NCBI RefSeq assembly: GCF_036365525.1
Contig: NC_090404.1
Coordinates: 3,348,001 to 3,412,000, forward strand
Direction of reading: 5' to 3'
DNA length: 64,000 bases
DNA from: Heterodontus francisci
Lineage: Eukaryota
Position numbers and translations under genes: made by a program. Of the stretch, positions 47,922 through 61,468 are shown in pieces. Numbering within the stretch: position 1 is the first letter of the stretch; the number at the start of each line of letters is the position of its first letter. The notes beneath the pieces are model-generated. The model worked only from the letters and a program-made list of their open reading frames with translations, searched no databases and was not told the origin of the DNA.

Positions 47922-50900
47922 TTTTTTTTTCTTTTTTTTCTTTTCTTTTCTTATATAAGGTGGCCTTTATACCCCAGGCCCCTTTTATATTTTTCACGTC
48001 GAGGGGGGCCTTTATTCCTCAGGCCCCCTTTATATACATATTTACATTTTTTAAATAACTTTATTAAAACCAGATAAATAAACAAAAAACTCAAATTAAA
48101 ATGCCATTCTCGGCGTCAACGATGCACTCCAGTCCCTGTGGTGCCCACCGGTTGTGGAAGGCCTCAAGCGTACCAGCAGACACTGCATGCTCCTTCTCCA
48201 GGGATACCCGGGCGCGAACATAACTGCAGAAGAGGGGCAGGCAAACGGGGAGGACGGACACCTCGATGGCCCGGAACCTGGACCTGTGAATTGCCACCTT
48301 GGCCAGGCCCAGGAGCAGACCGACGAGGAGATCCTCCTCCTGGCCCAAGCCCCTCTGCACCGGGCGCCCAAAGATCAGGAGTGTGGGACTGAAGTGCAGC
48401 CAGAATTTAAGGAGCAGCCCCTTCAGATACTCAAATAGGGGCTGCAACCTCGCACACTCCGTATAAACGTGGAACACGGACTCGTCCAGGCTGCAGAAAT
48501 TACAGATTGCCTGGGAGTCCGTGAACCTACTTAAAAGCCAATTGCACGGGACAGCTCTGTGCAGCACCCTCCATCCCAGGTCCCCGATGTAAAGGGGGAA
48601 GACTCCCGCATAGAGAGACCTCCATCGGGGTTTCCCCTTGCCGCCAGATGGCAACACGGACAGCCAGGGAGTGTCCAGCCAGCTGACGAGGGCGAGGAAG
48701 TGGAGAGTATGCAGGAGCAGCCCGTACAGGAAACCCCTCTGCGCCGATTGGAATGGCACGGAGGGCATTTCCGAGAGGTGGCTTGGGTTGTGCGGGACCG
48801 GCTCCCGAGGAGGTTTTCGGGGCCTGGGTTCGATGAGCAGTTCCGGCCGAGCGGGGCTCTGCACTCCCGAGCCCCCTCGCCACCTGCAGTGAGGGGCATA
48901 CCGGGGGTATCGGCTACTCCTCCGCCCGCCAGACCATCCCTGGAGTCGGCTGCCCGGACAGCCGAGGCGCTCTCCTTCGCCGGTGGGGGAGCGCCCTGAC
49001 TGGAGGCGACCATGTTCCAGACTCGGAATAGATCCCGGTAAAAGACAGGGAACTCCCTCAGAGAGGCGTGGCGAACGGACTCCACCGAGAGCTGCATGTC
49101 GTCTTGAAGGCAGTGACAATGGCGGAAAAAATACGTCACCAGCGCACACCATCTGGGAGGGCGCTCGACAGACAGGTATCTCTGCAGGGTTCGATGGCGG
49201 AGAGTTGCAGCCAGGGTGCGGACGCACACCAGCGACTGACCGCCCTCCTCAATCGGGAGACTCAGGACTGCAGCAGAGACCCGGTGTTTCCTCTTGCCCC
49301 AGAAGAAATCGACGTGTTTCTTCCGGATCTTGGTGGCAAATACAGGGGGCGGGGCCAAAGTGACCAACCGGTACCACAGCATGGAGGCCACCAGTTGGTT
49401 TATGACCAGTGCTCGGCCCCTGTAGGAAAGCACTCGGAGCAGTCCTGTCCAGCGCCCCAGCCGAGCGGTGACTTTCGCCTCCAACTCCTGCCAGTTTGCC
49501 GGCCAGGCTTCCTCAGCGGGGCTAAGGTGGACTCCCAGATAGAGGAGGTGCGTGGTGCTCCAGGCAAAAGGTGTCACCTCCTCCAGCAGGGAGTCCACCC
49601 ACCACAGACCCACCAGGAGTCCGGAACATTTCTCCCAATTGGTCCTTGCGGAGGACGCGGCAGAAAAGGTCTGCTGGCAGTTGCGCACACTACGCAAGTC
49701 AATGGGATCTGTGACCGTGAGGAGCACGTCCTCGGCGTAAGTCGAGAGGACGACCCGCATGGCCGGGTCAGGCAGAGCCAATCCCGTCAACCTCCTGTGA
49801 AGCAGGCACAGGAAGGGCTCCACGCAGATGGTATACAATTGGCCGGACATGGGGCATCCCTGAAGCACGCCTCTCCCAAAGCGAAGGGGCGCCGTCAACG
49901 ACACATTAACTTTGACTAGACACTCTGCGGCGGCGTATAAAAGTCGGACCCGGGCCACGAAATGCGGCCCGAGTCTGATCCACCCTGTCGAACGCCTTCT
50001 CCTGATCGAGGGAGAGAAAGGCGACCGACTGACCAGTCCTCTGGGAAAGATGGATCAGGTCCCGGACCAGGTGGATGTTGTCCTGGATGGACTGGCCCGG
50101 GACCATGTAGGACTGGTCGGGGTGGATCATTTGGCCCAGCACGGAGACCAGGTTGGTAGACATAGCCCGGGCAAAGATCTTATAATCCATGCTGAGGAGG
50201 GAGACTGGGCGCCAGTTTTTAAGCAGGCGGAGATCGCCCCTCTTCAGCAGCAGGACGATGACCGCCCTGCGCCATGTGAGGGGCATCACCCCGGTCGCCA
50301 GGCTTTCCCCCAGGACCCGCGCATAATCGTCCCCCAGGACGTCCCAGAACGCCATGAGGAACTCCACAGTCAACCCATCCAGCCCTGGGGATTTGCCCCT
50401 TGAGAGTTGGTGGAGGGCGCCAGTCAGCTCCGCCAACGTGAGCGGAGCCTACAATCCTTTGGCGCCCTCTGGGCTGACCTGCAGCTGGTCTTCCCACAAA
50501 ATTCTGCGCGCATCCTCACTGGACAGATCCGGAGAGAACAACGCACTGTAATAAGTACAGAGCAGGAGGCCCATTCCCTCTGGATCCGTGATGGAGGATC
50601 CATCGTCGGCCAGCAGCTCGACGAGCTGCTTACGGAACCGCCGCCATTTTTCCAGCGAGTAGAAGAAGGGTGAGGCGCGGTCCAAATCTTCCAGGATCTG
50701 GATCCGCTACCTCACGTACGCACGTCAGGATCCTATGAGCTGCAGGTCCCTCAGCGCGCCCATCTTCTCTTTGTATGCCTGCCACAGGGCCGGGTCCATG
50801 ACGGCATGACCGAGGCGGGACTCCAAGTTGAGCAACTCCCTCTCAACGAGTCTGATCTCGGCTTCCCGCCTCTTGGTCAACCCTTTCGCGTACTCCTGAC

Positions 50901-53900
50901 AGAAGACGCGGATGTGAGTTTTGCCCACATCCCACCGCAGCCTCAAGGAGGGGAAGCCCCCCTGCTTCCTTCTCCAGTCGGCCCAGAATCGACAGAACGA
51001 GTCTCGAAATCGCTCGACCTCCAGCAGCCGGTTGTTAAAGTGCCAGTACGTGGACCCCGCCCGCGTGCGGAGCTGAGTGAACTCCTCCCACACCAGGCGG
51101 TGGTCCGAGCACGGCACCAGCCGCATGGAGGCCGCCGAGAGGCGGGAGACGTACACCTGCGAAAAGTAGAGGCGGTCGATTCGCGACCCTCCTCCTCCAG
51201 ACCTCCACGTGAAGGCGCTGGATTCGGGATGGAGATTCCGCCAGACGTCCACCAAGTTAAGGGAGCTGATCAGTCCCCTCAACTTCTCCACCGACGCTTG
51301 GCCGCGCTGGGGACCGGAGCGATCCCCCACCTCGAGGGTGCAGTTAAAAACCCCCCGAGGATGATGCAGTCGGCGCTATCGATGTTGCTCAAGAGAGCAG
51401 ACACTACATCAAAGAAGCGCACTTGCAACGCGCCAGACCTGGGCGCATACCCGTTCACAAAGTGGAGCGGCACGCTACCCAGGCGAACGGTGAGGTGGAG
51501 CAAGCGGCCCGGCCCTTGCTCCTTGACCCCCAAGATCTGCGGCTGAAACGTCGGGGCCAACAAGATAGCCACCCCACTAGAAATAGGGGTGAGGTGACTC
51601 ATGTAGACCCCACCCTGCCACTCCAGGAGCCAGGCGGCTTAGTCTCCCGGAACGGTGAGGGTTTCCTGCAGAAAGCTCACCGTGTATCTCCCTTCCCTGA
51701 GGACTGAGAGATTGTGAAATCTGCGGTGAGCTGCTCCCGTTGATGTTGAGGCTGGCTATGTTTATCTTCATGTCAAAGGTACTTAAAACCCGTCACCAAC
51801 AGCTCACTGTGAGGAGGGAGTGGAAGTGCACCTGGCCTTCCACTCCCCCAGCAGCCCATTGAGGAACACATTAAAACAGCGCCTCTCAACCAGTTTCACG
51901 CCCGCGCACTTGCCCGCTTTCTTCAGTACGGCACGGACGGACTGTATGATCAGCGCCAGATTCGACCAACGGACGAGGGCCAGTTGAAATTTATCGTGGC
52001 AACCCCTGCAAGCCGTGTGGAAATCCCGGAGTTCTGTCGTGGGGATGAGAGGAGATTCGGTGGGAGGCACGAGGGACTCCACCACCTCATTGGTGATGGA
52101 ATCAAGATCATCCTCCGTGCCCCACACCGAATCCCCATCCTCCTCCGGGTCATCACCACCAGCGGCCAAAACATCCACCACACACTGTGGGGTGGACATC
52201 CCGGCCGCGCCAGCTGGTCCCGCCTCTGTCATGATCCCACCCCCAGGATCGATGGCGGAGGAGTCCTCTCTGGGTTCTATTGTAAAACTGGAGCCTGTGG
52301 GTACCAGCAGTCCAGGACCTCCCTCCACCTCCGTCCCCAGGCCAATGAGTGGTCCAGGAGAGACAGAAGTTCCCGACTCCGGAAATCCAGCCTGAGCTGA
52401 GACCGGAGGTGGAGAGAGGCGGCCATCTCCCGCTCCGCCAGCATCCACAGGCCCAGCAGATCGGGCAGCATTCTCGTTTATAACCGGGTCGGGTGTCTCT
52501 TGGTTGGTGGTGGACTCCGGCTGGGAGGGCCGACCAGTTGGGGCCCCGCCCTCCCCTCTACTCAGGACACCCCGATCAAGCGGCAGTGGCAGAATGGGCG
52601 GAGTCCCCAGGCTACCCCACAACAAGCAGGGCTCCACTGGCTTCCCCTGGAGGGGCCACACGTACAGGTGTCTCCCCCTCCACTCCATCCTGAGGAATAG
52701 GGAGCTCCTGCCCAGACTTTGCAGCCTTGATGTTGGTGGTGGTGGTAGGGGAAACCTGGGGACCTGAAACAGGAGTCAGCTCCCCTCCAACAGATGGACC
52801 TCGTGCCTCAGGGCCCCGTGTTACCTCGGTGGAGGGGTGCCTTCTCCTCTTTTTCCCAGTTGGGTGCAGAGGCCCAGAGATCTCCATGTCATCAGAGGCC
52901 TCCACCTCCGCACTCTCTTTTTTCTTATTCACCCTGGGCCTGAGCCCAGCCCTGGTGCAAGTAGACTCCCCGAGATCGGTCTTTGTGCTGAGTCAGACTC
53001 GGGTTGTGTCAATATGTCCAGGGGACGCGCCTCGTGACATTTATTTTTCCTCCGCGCCTTCCTTCCACTTGGACGGGCACCCTCTTCCCTGCCAGAGGCC
53101 GTGAAAACAATAGCCTCCGGTACCGACTGAATGGTATCTGATGGAGGTGTAGTGGGGGTGGGAGGAGGTGCAGCGGCGCCACCTTGGGCCGCCGAGTTGG
53201 AGTTGGCCGCCGGGAGGTTGGGGCAGTTCTTACCAACATGCCCTTACAGACATGGCACTGCACTCCATCCAAGGTCCAGAAGACGCAGTAGGCCATCCCC
53301 TGGAACTCTGTATTGAAGTGGCCCTCTGCAACCTCCTCCCATGCCAGCTGCATGAATAGATGGCGGCGGAAGGAGTACACGTGTCGGAGGCTGTTCTCCC
53401 GAAGGACGAGCGGGACTGGGGTGAGCCCCGTCTTTACCTCCCCCAGATGGTGCAGGTGGGGAAGGAGGAGCTCACCAGGAATGAAGGGCGGGTCGTTGGA
53501 TAAAATGACACTTTGCGCAGTGGCCTCCAGGGGGTCCACTGGCAGAAAGGTCCCGCCCACGGTGAGCCCCTTGTTCAGAGCCAGGGACAACGCCCGCTCG
53601 GTCTTCAGGAAAAACACTGCCCTCCCGTACATTTTAGAGGCTGCAACAATGGCCGAAGGGCCGACAACCTCGGCCATTGCTTTCACGCATGCCTCTATCG
53701 TCATGTTTGGGTGGACGTAACTCTTGACCCCATGCTTCGATGTTATTAATGCAAACGGTGACGGGGCAACAGGTGCAGCTGCAGCAGCCGCAGCAGCATA
53801 TGTACGGGAAGGCCCCGCCACCGGCGAAGGAGGGCTTGCCATGGGGTCTAAGAGCCATGTCCACCCCCAAGAAGCAAAGCAATTTTACACAATTGAAACA

Positions 53901-54526
53901 AAACAAACAAACTGTAATCAAAGTGGAGTGGGAGTACAGGAGGATAGGGGTAGGAAGGTAAAGGAAAAAGGGGGGATAGGTGACTGAGGCTACTGAGTGG
54001 AAGAAGGGAGAGAAAGGCTGAAAGGGATGTTTGATCGAACTGCCAGTTGGAGCATCTTTGTAACAATTAGTCCAAAACTTTTTGCTGTCTTCCAGTTTGG
54101 GGAGGCTTCTTCGCCCAGGATGGCTCGAGCCTCCCGGTACTCTCCTCCTCTGCTTTTAACAAGAAAGTCTTCACCCGGGCAACTCCAGCTGTCCCAAGCA
54201 GGCAGTTGGGGTGGGGAGGGAGCTCCCTGTGTGCAAGCACAAATACAAATACAGGGGCCCCCTACTGGATTTGGCAGTCCCACCCAAGTCTTCCGGCCTC
54301 TTCTCCCTCCCCCAAACAGTTCAAACTTAAGAGTCCTTCAGGTGCCCTGACACCCACCTCTTCAAAACAATTGCAGCCTTTCTTGATGGTTTCTCTCCAC
54401 TCTGCATTCACCTCTCTCCACTTTCTCCAATTACTGCAGTCTCCTCTCTCCAGTTGCTGCAGCACAGGTGCAGCTGCTCCCCCTGATTGCTGGCAGGAAG
54501 TGCTCCAAATTGCCCAGCCAATCCCA
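47922..54526 (-). mobile_element. Apparently full-length (~6.6 kb) Tx1-clade non-LTR retrotransposon with frameshifted ORFs (ORF1 53842 to ~51804, ORF2 51771 to 48091)
   Basis: ORF1 SKHGVK...IEACVKAMAEVVGPSAIVAASKMYGRAVFFL; APE ASLNING, SRIDRLY, SDH, WHFN; RT KSPGLDGL, NWRPVSLL, LDQEKAFD, QGCPMS, YAED; zinc finger CNFC..ESVFH...C; poly(A) tail. Confidence 0.92.
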
Positions 54527-54670
54527 GTGCTGTACCTGTCCTGGGAGTGTTTGATGGGACAGTGTTGGGGGAGCTTTACTCTGTATCTAACCCCGTGCCG
54601 TACCTGTCCTGGGAGTGTTTGATGGGACAGTGTAGAGAGATCTTTATCCTTTATCTAACCCTCGCTGTAT
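54527..54670 (+). repeat. 68 bp satellite, 2 units (right of Tx1)
   Basis: Same unit as 47641-47921, resuming at GTGCTGTACC. Confidence 0.9.
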
Positions 54671-54689
54671 CTTTTGCGTAGTTCTATTT

Positions 54690-54980
54690 CTCTTGGGTCT
54701 GTCTCAGTTATTAGTGCACTGCAGATGATCTCTGTTTATTTCACTAAAGTTAGTTATTACTGAACTAGACCATGTCTCTGTTTATATTGCACTAGGCCCT
54801 ATCCCAGTTAGTACTACACTAGAACATGTCTCTGTCTAAGTTAAACTAAGGACTATCTTGTTTATGACTAGACTAAGTCATGCCATTGCTTTTATTAAAC
54901 GAGACCCTTCCTCTTTATATCACGCTAGGCTCTAACTCAGTTAATGTTTCACAAGATCATATCTCTGTTTGCATTCAGTC
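54690..54980 (+). repeat. Degenerate 27 bp tandem repeat with 54 bp higher-order structure
   Basis: CTAGACCATGTCTCTGTTTATATTGCA / CTAGGCCCTATCCCAGTTAGTACTACA / CTAGAACATGTCTCTGTCTAAGTTAAA... Confidence 0.6.
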
Positions 54981-55854
54981 ATCCTAAAATACATCTTCAA
55001 TATCTGTGCAGTGAGACAGCGAGTTTAAAAGTACAGATGCATTTATCCGTCCTGACTGCAGGTCAGTGACTCTGTCTTCTCCTAATATAACAGAGGCTTG
55101 TCAGTCAAATGTCGCTCTGTCCAGTCCAGGCCAAGCAGCAACTGGTAACACCTTTCTGTCTCTTAGACCGTGCCACACAAGTTTGGAAGATTCCAAAAGG
55201 TGTGATTTGTGTCCAATGTGGTGATGGTGGTGATGGGACCGAGGTGGTTTCTACCATGTGTAGGTGTCCCAAACGGGTCCTTCCTGACTTGTGTGAAGAT
55301 GGATTATGAATTTAAGGCTGTTCCCTGGGGATCACCCTTTAACCATTGTGTACAGATAGTCCCTGAGCTGATCCATCAAGGGAACCCGCCCAGAGCCATT
55401 GAATTGTCCATCCATTCATTCAATAATTTGCATCGTTGTATTTCATATCCATAATTGTCTTATTTTAAAATGTTGTTTGCTTTTTTTCTATTATCTGTTT
55501 TTTTCAACCTCTCTTTTGAATGATTTTACCAGTTTATTCTGCTCGTCACTCCCCATTGCTCCCATTCCCTTGACAGTCCCTACACTTCCACCCATCCCAC
55601 TTTCCCTCGTGACACCGTACAATCTGTCGTCTGCATGTGTGTTACCAAATTTCAGTCAGCTTCAATCACTCTTCTCTTTGTCCCTTTGTTTCGCTTTACC
55701 TCCGTCAGGCTGTGTTTAATCACTCTTGTCCATCTGCATTACACGGAACTATGCCAATCCTCTAACCACATTGGACGGCACTAGGGGTCATTCCAAAGGG
55801 GGAATAGTGAGCACTGTTCACTTTCTGTGACTTTCACTGTGCAAATACACCGCT

Positions 55855-56290
55855 GGATTAATCTCTCTCTATTGGTGTCACTCGTTATCACTGTACTCCG
55901 TCACACATGTATCTCTCTCCCTCTGTTGGTGTCTCTGTATAACTGTACTCAGTCTCACCTTTATCTATCTCCCTCTGTTGGTGGCTCTCTGTATCACTCA
56001 CTGTACTTAGTCTCACATTTACTTATCTGCCTCTATTGGTGTCAATCTGTATCCCTGTACTCAGTCTCACATTTACCTATCTGCCTCTATTGGTGTCAAT
56101 CTGTATCACTGTACTCAGTCTCATATTTACCTATCTGCCTCTGTTGGTCTCAATCTGCATCACTGTACTTAGTCTCGCATTGCCTCTCTGTATCACTCAC
56201 TTAACTCAATCTACCTTTATCTATCTCCCCCTGTTGGTGTCTCTCTCTTTCACTGTCCATATTCACACCTTTATCTATCTTTCTGTTGGG
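55855..56290 (+). repeat. ~54 bp minisatellite, about 8 units
   Basis: ATCTGCCTCTATTGGTGTCAATCTGTATCACTGTACTCAGTCTCACATTTACCT repeated. Confidence 0.85.
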
Positions 56291-56808
56291 GAGCTCTTTA
56301 CATGTACAGAAAGGGGACAATGCTGATTTGTGAAGGGGGTGTCCCACTCACAAGCACTTCTCTATTGCTCAAACCTTTAACTATTGAGAGCAAGCAGGCA
56401 CTGAGATGATGCACCGGGGGATCTTCAATCACCCAACTGCACAGGAGAATCATAGAGTACAGACATGTTCTGCGCAGATTCACTGTGGCGGGCCTCACAC
56501 ATCCGTACAGGTACCTTGCTACGATCTCCATTTCGTTCAATCACTTGCATTGTTCTAGTTCATAAATATAGTTGTGCTGATTTAATCTCCTGCTGGTTTT
56601 CCTATTGTCTGTCTGTTTATACATGTGTTAATTCAAAACCGTTCTGCTTTCCATTTGCTCGCTTTTCCCCATGTCTCCATGTTATAATGTTGAATAACCA
56701 AGTTATTCAAACACATTTTCCCTTTAACAAATCCATACTGAATTACGCTTCCAACCCATATTTGTCCACGTGTCAAATAATTCTATGAGACAGTTGCCTG
56801 GGAAAAGA

Positions 56809-57155
56809 CACAGTGGCGCAGTGGTTAGCACCACAGCCTCACAGCTCCAGGGACCCGGGTTCGATTCTGGGTACTGCCTGTGTGGAGTTTGCAAGTTCTC
56901 CCTGTGTCTGCTTGTGTTTTCTCCCGGTGCTCCGGTTTCCTCCCACAAGCCAAAAGACTTGCAAGTTGATAGGTAAATTGGCCATTATAAATTGTCACTA
57001 GTATAGGTAGGTGGTAGGGAAATATAGGAACAGGTGGGGATGTTTGGTAGGAATATGGGATTAGTGTAGGATTAGTATAAATGGGTGGTTGATGTTCGGC
57101 ACAGACTCGGTGGGCCGAAGGGCCTGTTTCAGTGCTGTATCTCTAATCTAATCTA
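56809..57155 (+). mobile_element. HE1-like V-SINE
   Basis: A and B boxes, V-domain and (TCTAA)n tail. Near-identical to 4386-4735. Confidence 0.9.
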
Positions 57156-57369
57156 GTGACTCTAAACATTTCCCCACCACCGACGTTATGCTGCCTCGCC
57201 AACAATTTCCGAGATAATTACTGTCTTCTTTAATGAACAAGAATGCAACATTTGCAATCCTTCAGTTCTTTTGGCAACCCACCCGTATTCCCAGAGGTGG
57301 AAGATTGAGCTTAGAGCCCCACAATTTTCATCGTTATTTCCTCGGCGAACCAGGATTTCTTATGTTTTA

Positions 57370-58560
57370 TTTTGTTATTTATATAACGAAGTGTGGGCGA
57401 TGCTGGAAAGATGAACATTAGTTGTCCAACACTAATTGTCCTTGGGAAGTTCCTCGTGAGCCGCTATGTGGGACTGTTAATGTCTGCGTGTTCAAGATAC
57501 ACACACAGCGTGGTGTTAGGAGTGGTGTTCCAGAATTTTGACCGAGCAGCGAAGAACGAGCGGCCAATATATTTCTAGATCAGGATGGTATAGACTTTAA
57601 ACACGACGTTGAAGCTAAAGGCTCTCCCATACGCATGCTAGTCTTGTCGTTCGAGGTGGTGAACACAGCGGGTTTGAGAAATTCTGAATTCTTGGCGAGT
57701 TGCTACAGAGCATCTTGTACATAGTACACACTGCATCTATGTTACGCTGCTTGTGCAGGGATGAGTGTTTTATCTAGTTGTTTTGTCATGGATGGTGTCA
57801 ATGTTATTGAGTGTTGTTGGAGCTCCATTCATTCAGGCAAAATGAAATTATTCCGAAGGCATAAGGCAAGAGTGTGAGTGTCATTCCATCAGCCTCCTTG
57901 CTGACGGCCTGTAGATAATGGAAAGGCTTTGGAGAGTCAAGAGTTTAGTTATTTCCCATAGTAGGCATAACCTCTGATCTGCTGCTGTAGCCACTGTATT
58001 TTTGTGGTACTTATGTGAATTTTTAAGTTTCTTGTCAACCGCAACACAGCCACAGACATGTTTACATTTGTCAATTTGGTGAAGATAATACCATTGAATA
58101 TGAAGGGGAGGTGATTCGACTCTCCTGTTGAAGATAATCTGACAGTCGTGTGTTTCCAATGTTATTTGTCTCGTCACAGCCCAAGTGTTGATGGGGTCCG
58201 TGCCTGATGTCATGTGACAAGGTGTGCCTCAGTATCTGGAATTGCCAATGCAAGTCAATACTTTGCAGTCATTAGGAAACATGCTCACTTTTGATCTCAC
58301 AATGGAGAGAAGGTCAGTGATGCAGCAGCTGAAGATGTTTGGTCCTAGGTCACAGCCCTGAGAAACTCCTGCAGTGCTGTCTTGGAGCTGAGAGGATTGA
58401 CCTCCAACAACCACAACCTTATTCCTTTGTACTTGGTATGACTCCAGCCAAGTATGTTTTCGATCTGATCCCCAGTGATTTCGATTCTACTCGGGCTGCC
58501 AGCTGTCCGACTCGCTTGAGTGCTGCATTGATGTCACAATGTCAGGATGTATCCCAACTG
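57370..58560 (-). mobile_element. Degenerate L2/Crack-like LINE, inverted paralog of 33630-35650
   Basis: VVGGQSS...TAGVSQGCDLGPNIFSC...MFPND. Confidence 0.65.
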
Positions 58561-59547
58561 AACCGGGTACGTTTCCACTTTGAGCCAATCTTTCAAGTAT
58601 ATTCTCTTTATCTGCTTTAATCCTCTACTAATGCTCTACTGCCTCCTCCTTGGCAGTAGCAATGACAACATCCTCTTTCTTTATAAAGACAAATTAAAAA
58701 CGCATAAAGTACCTCAGTCACTCTGTCTGTCCCCACGAGAAGATCATCATGCTGGTGCCTAAACTGATAAAGTTCCTCTCTTTTAGAGACCTGAGCATCT
58801 TCATGTCTGATGCCATTGTATTATTCATAGATCCATTCCGGTGAATGGTCGACGCAGGTGGCTATGTAAATAGATTCAGGGGACTGAATGTCCAACTTTT
58901 GTCCCATATTACAAGATATAATAGGATGAATTGTCGATATCTCTTCTGATGTTGCTTGAAGCCGCGAGTAATGCAGGCCATCTATGAATAGCCTTCTTGG
59001 AATCATAGAATGATCCGGCGATCGTACCTTTCCCAGTTCTGAATCGAGCCAATCAACTCATTCCACTCCCTTGCCTTTTCACATAGCCCTACCCATGTTT
59101 ACGTTTCAAGGCTATATCCAACTCCCGTTTGAAAGTTACCTTTGAATCTGCTTCCACCACTCTTTCAGGTAGTGTATACTAGATCATAACAATTCGGTGC
59201 GTAAAACGACATCCTCATCTCCCATTTGTTTCATTGTCTATCCTATTTACTACCAAGAAATTATAGATCCATATTCCTGAGATGTTGCAATGTTTAACCT
59301 ATAGACGGGGACGGTTATGCACGCAACCTTACTATGCAATACAACAGTATCTATTGCATTTATACAACGAGAGTCTTTAACGTGGCAATGAGCGATATGG
59401 GCGGGAGGAGCGATCTGGTCTACGCTTACGCATCCTCGCTCGCAGTCAGGAACCTAGTTACGCCGGAAATTCTGTTTCGTTGCCTCTGATTCAATCAGGA
59501 GACCTGAGGTCGTTACGTCAGCCAATCCGTCTCAGAAGACCCAGGCC

Positions 59548-60443
59548 ATGGAAATCACCACAAGCATTTGTGTGATTCTGGCTCACGTGGCCCGTGAGTT
59601 TCACTTCCCCTTTTTGACTGAAATAAAACATTGTGAGAAAGAATGATCAAGAAACGTTGCAAAACCTGGGCTCCCCCACCACCCCCCATAGAATTGAAAG
59701 GTGAGATGTGACCTAATAGATGTGTTTAGAATTTCGAAAGCGATTGATAAGCTCGACTGAGAGAACACGTTTCCAATCGTGGGAGACCAAGACGAAAAGC
59801 TACAAATGTAGAATAAATAATAAATTCAATAGAGAATTCGGGAAACTATTTTACTGAGAGAGAGGCGAGAATGTGGAATTCCCCATATAAGGAACTGGGT
59901 AAATACATGAGGCAGCAAGGGATAACTCAATTGGGAGAGATGATTGAAATGGAGCAACGTGGATTTTCTTGTGAAGCGAAAACTGGGGAATAGGCTATTT
60001 TGGCAGAACAGCCTCTCTCTGTGCTTTAAATACTATGTAAATCGTCGAAAATTGCGAAAATCTACTTCAACCTAAATGCTCCTGTCTTTTTTTTCCTATC
60101 CATTGCATCCAGTCCTGACCTCGTGCTGACCCAGTCTGTTTCGGCTATCACAAATACTGAGGGGCCACATCAACTATCATGTAAAATGTCTGGGAGTGGC
60201 GGGGGCCATTGATGACTACACGATATACTGGTACCTACAGCTTCCAGGAAAGAATCTGGAACGGGTAGCCAGATATTATAATTCCACTACTATCAATTAT
60301 GCTTCTAGGCTTGGAGTCAGCTTTAACCGACAGCCTGGACTTCACTTTGGGCATGACATACATTGCGGCAGAGGATGCTGCTGTGTATGACTGTGCAGCC
60401 AGCACACAGCCAAAGGAACCCCCGCTAAACCGGTGCAAAAACC
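59548..60443 (+). pseudogene. V10: second-family (IgW-VH-like) V pseudogene (leader 59548-59593, V exon ~60106-60404, RSS 60405-60443)
   Basis: Paralog of V4. Acceptor AG changed to TG, frameshifts, YYC to YDC. RSS CACAGCC-23-GCAAAAACC is intact. Confidence 0.9.
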
Positions 60444-61468
60444 CAGACAGGGGAGAGGAAGAAAAAGAGAGCAGAAAACGCCGTCCAACTTCCCTCACTT
60501 TCATCATCAGATCTTACAGAAGATCCGCCAAGCCCTCTTTCCAGAAGAGACATCATTAACCCCGGCGAGGTTACAGAAAACATCAAACACCCTCCGACCA
60601 ATTTCAGGAAATAACTGCCAGGACTTTCTGACAGACTGTTGCAAAACTACCACGCATGCTCCAGGAGCTCATGTTTGCGCAAGACAGGCATCGCGTATCG
60701 CGTTCAAAAACCGATCACCATTAAACAGTTGCACTATCGTCGATTTCACAGTTGTCGATTAGAGCCTCTCAATTGCTCCGTGTGTGTAAGGTTGGATCAA
60801 CTGTTTACACACGAGTTCACACCTCGTTGGGTGCACTGAACAAATGTATTAAATAAATCCCCTTTCATATTCAATTAATCTTTGTGCACCGAAGAATATA
60901 AGAAATAGGAACAGGATTGCCCTGCATTTCCCCATTGCCCTGTATTGGTCTTGCTTCAAATATCTAGCCAATTGTGTTTTAAATGTTAGTTTTGAAATTG
61001 CTTTCAGGACCCTTCAGGTCACGGCGATCTGGAAGTACTGCCTGAATGGGTGTTGGAGGCAGATTCAAAGAGTCAAAGCAGCAGGTTGGCCCAAATGCCC
61101 GCTTTCTGTGCGGTATGATTGTATGATTCAATATCGATAAACACAGTCCAGGGAACAACTTTTATTGCTAAATAATATCTTTGTGCTTCACGCAGTCTTA
61201 TTACTGGAATCATGAGGAGTACTGTTCAGTTTGCCAAATTTAATAATGTACCATTATAACCGCGTTGTTTATGTTGATTTGGATGTTGTCGTGTGGTTGC
61301 AAACGACGTCGATTGGATGTAACCAACAGCCTGTGTCTTCAAACACGCCCCCTCTGCCGGTTACATAAAACCCTGTGACTGAGGATTGGGATCCAACAGA
61401 CCAACAATTGTTTTACTCAGTCAGGGACTGGAGGAACAGCTGCAAAACTGAGCCAAGCGCCAAGAAGC

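Noticed and set aside
48100-54400. Numerous plus-strand ORFs up to 283 aa
   Set aside because: Antisense shadows of the GC-rich Tx1 ORFs.
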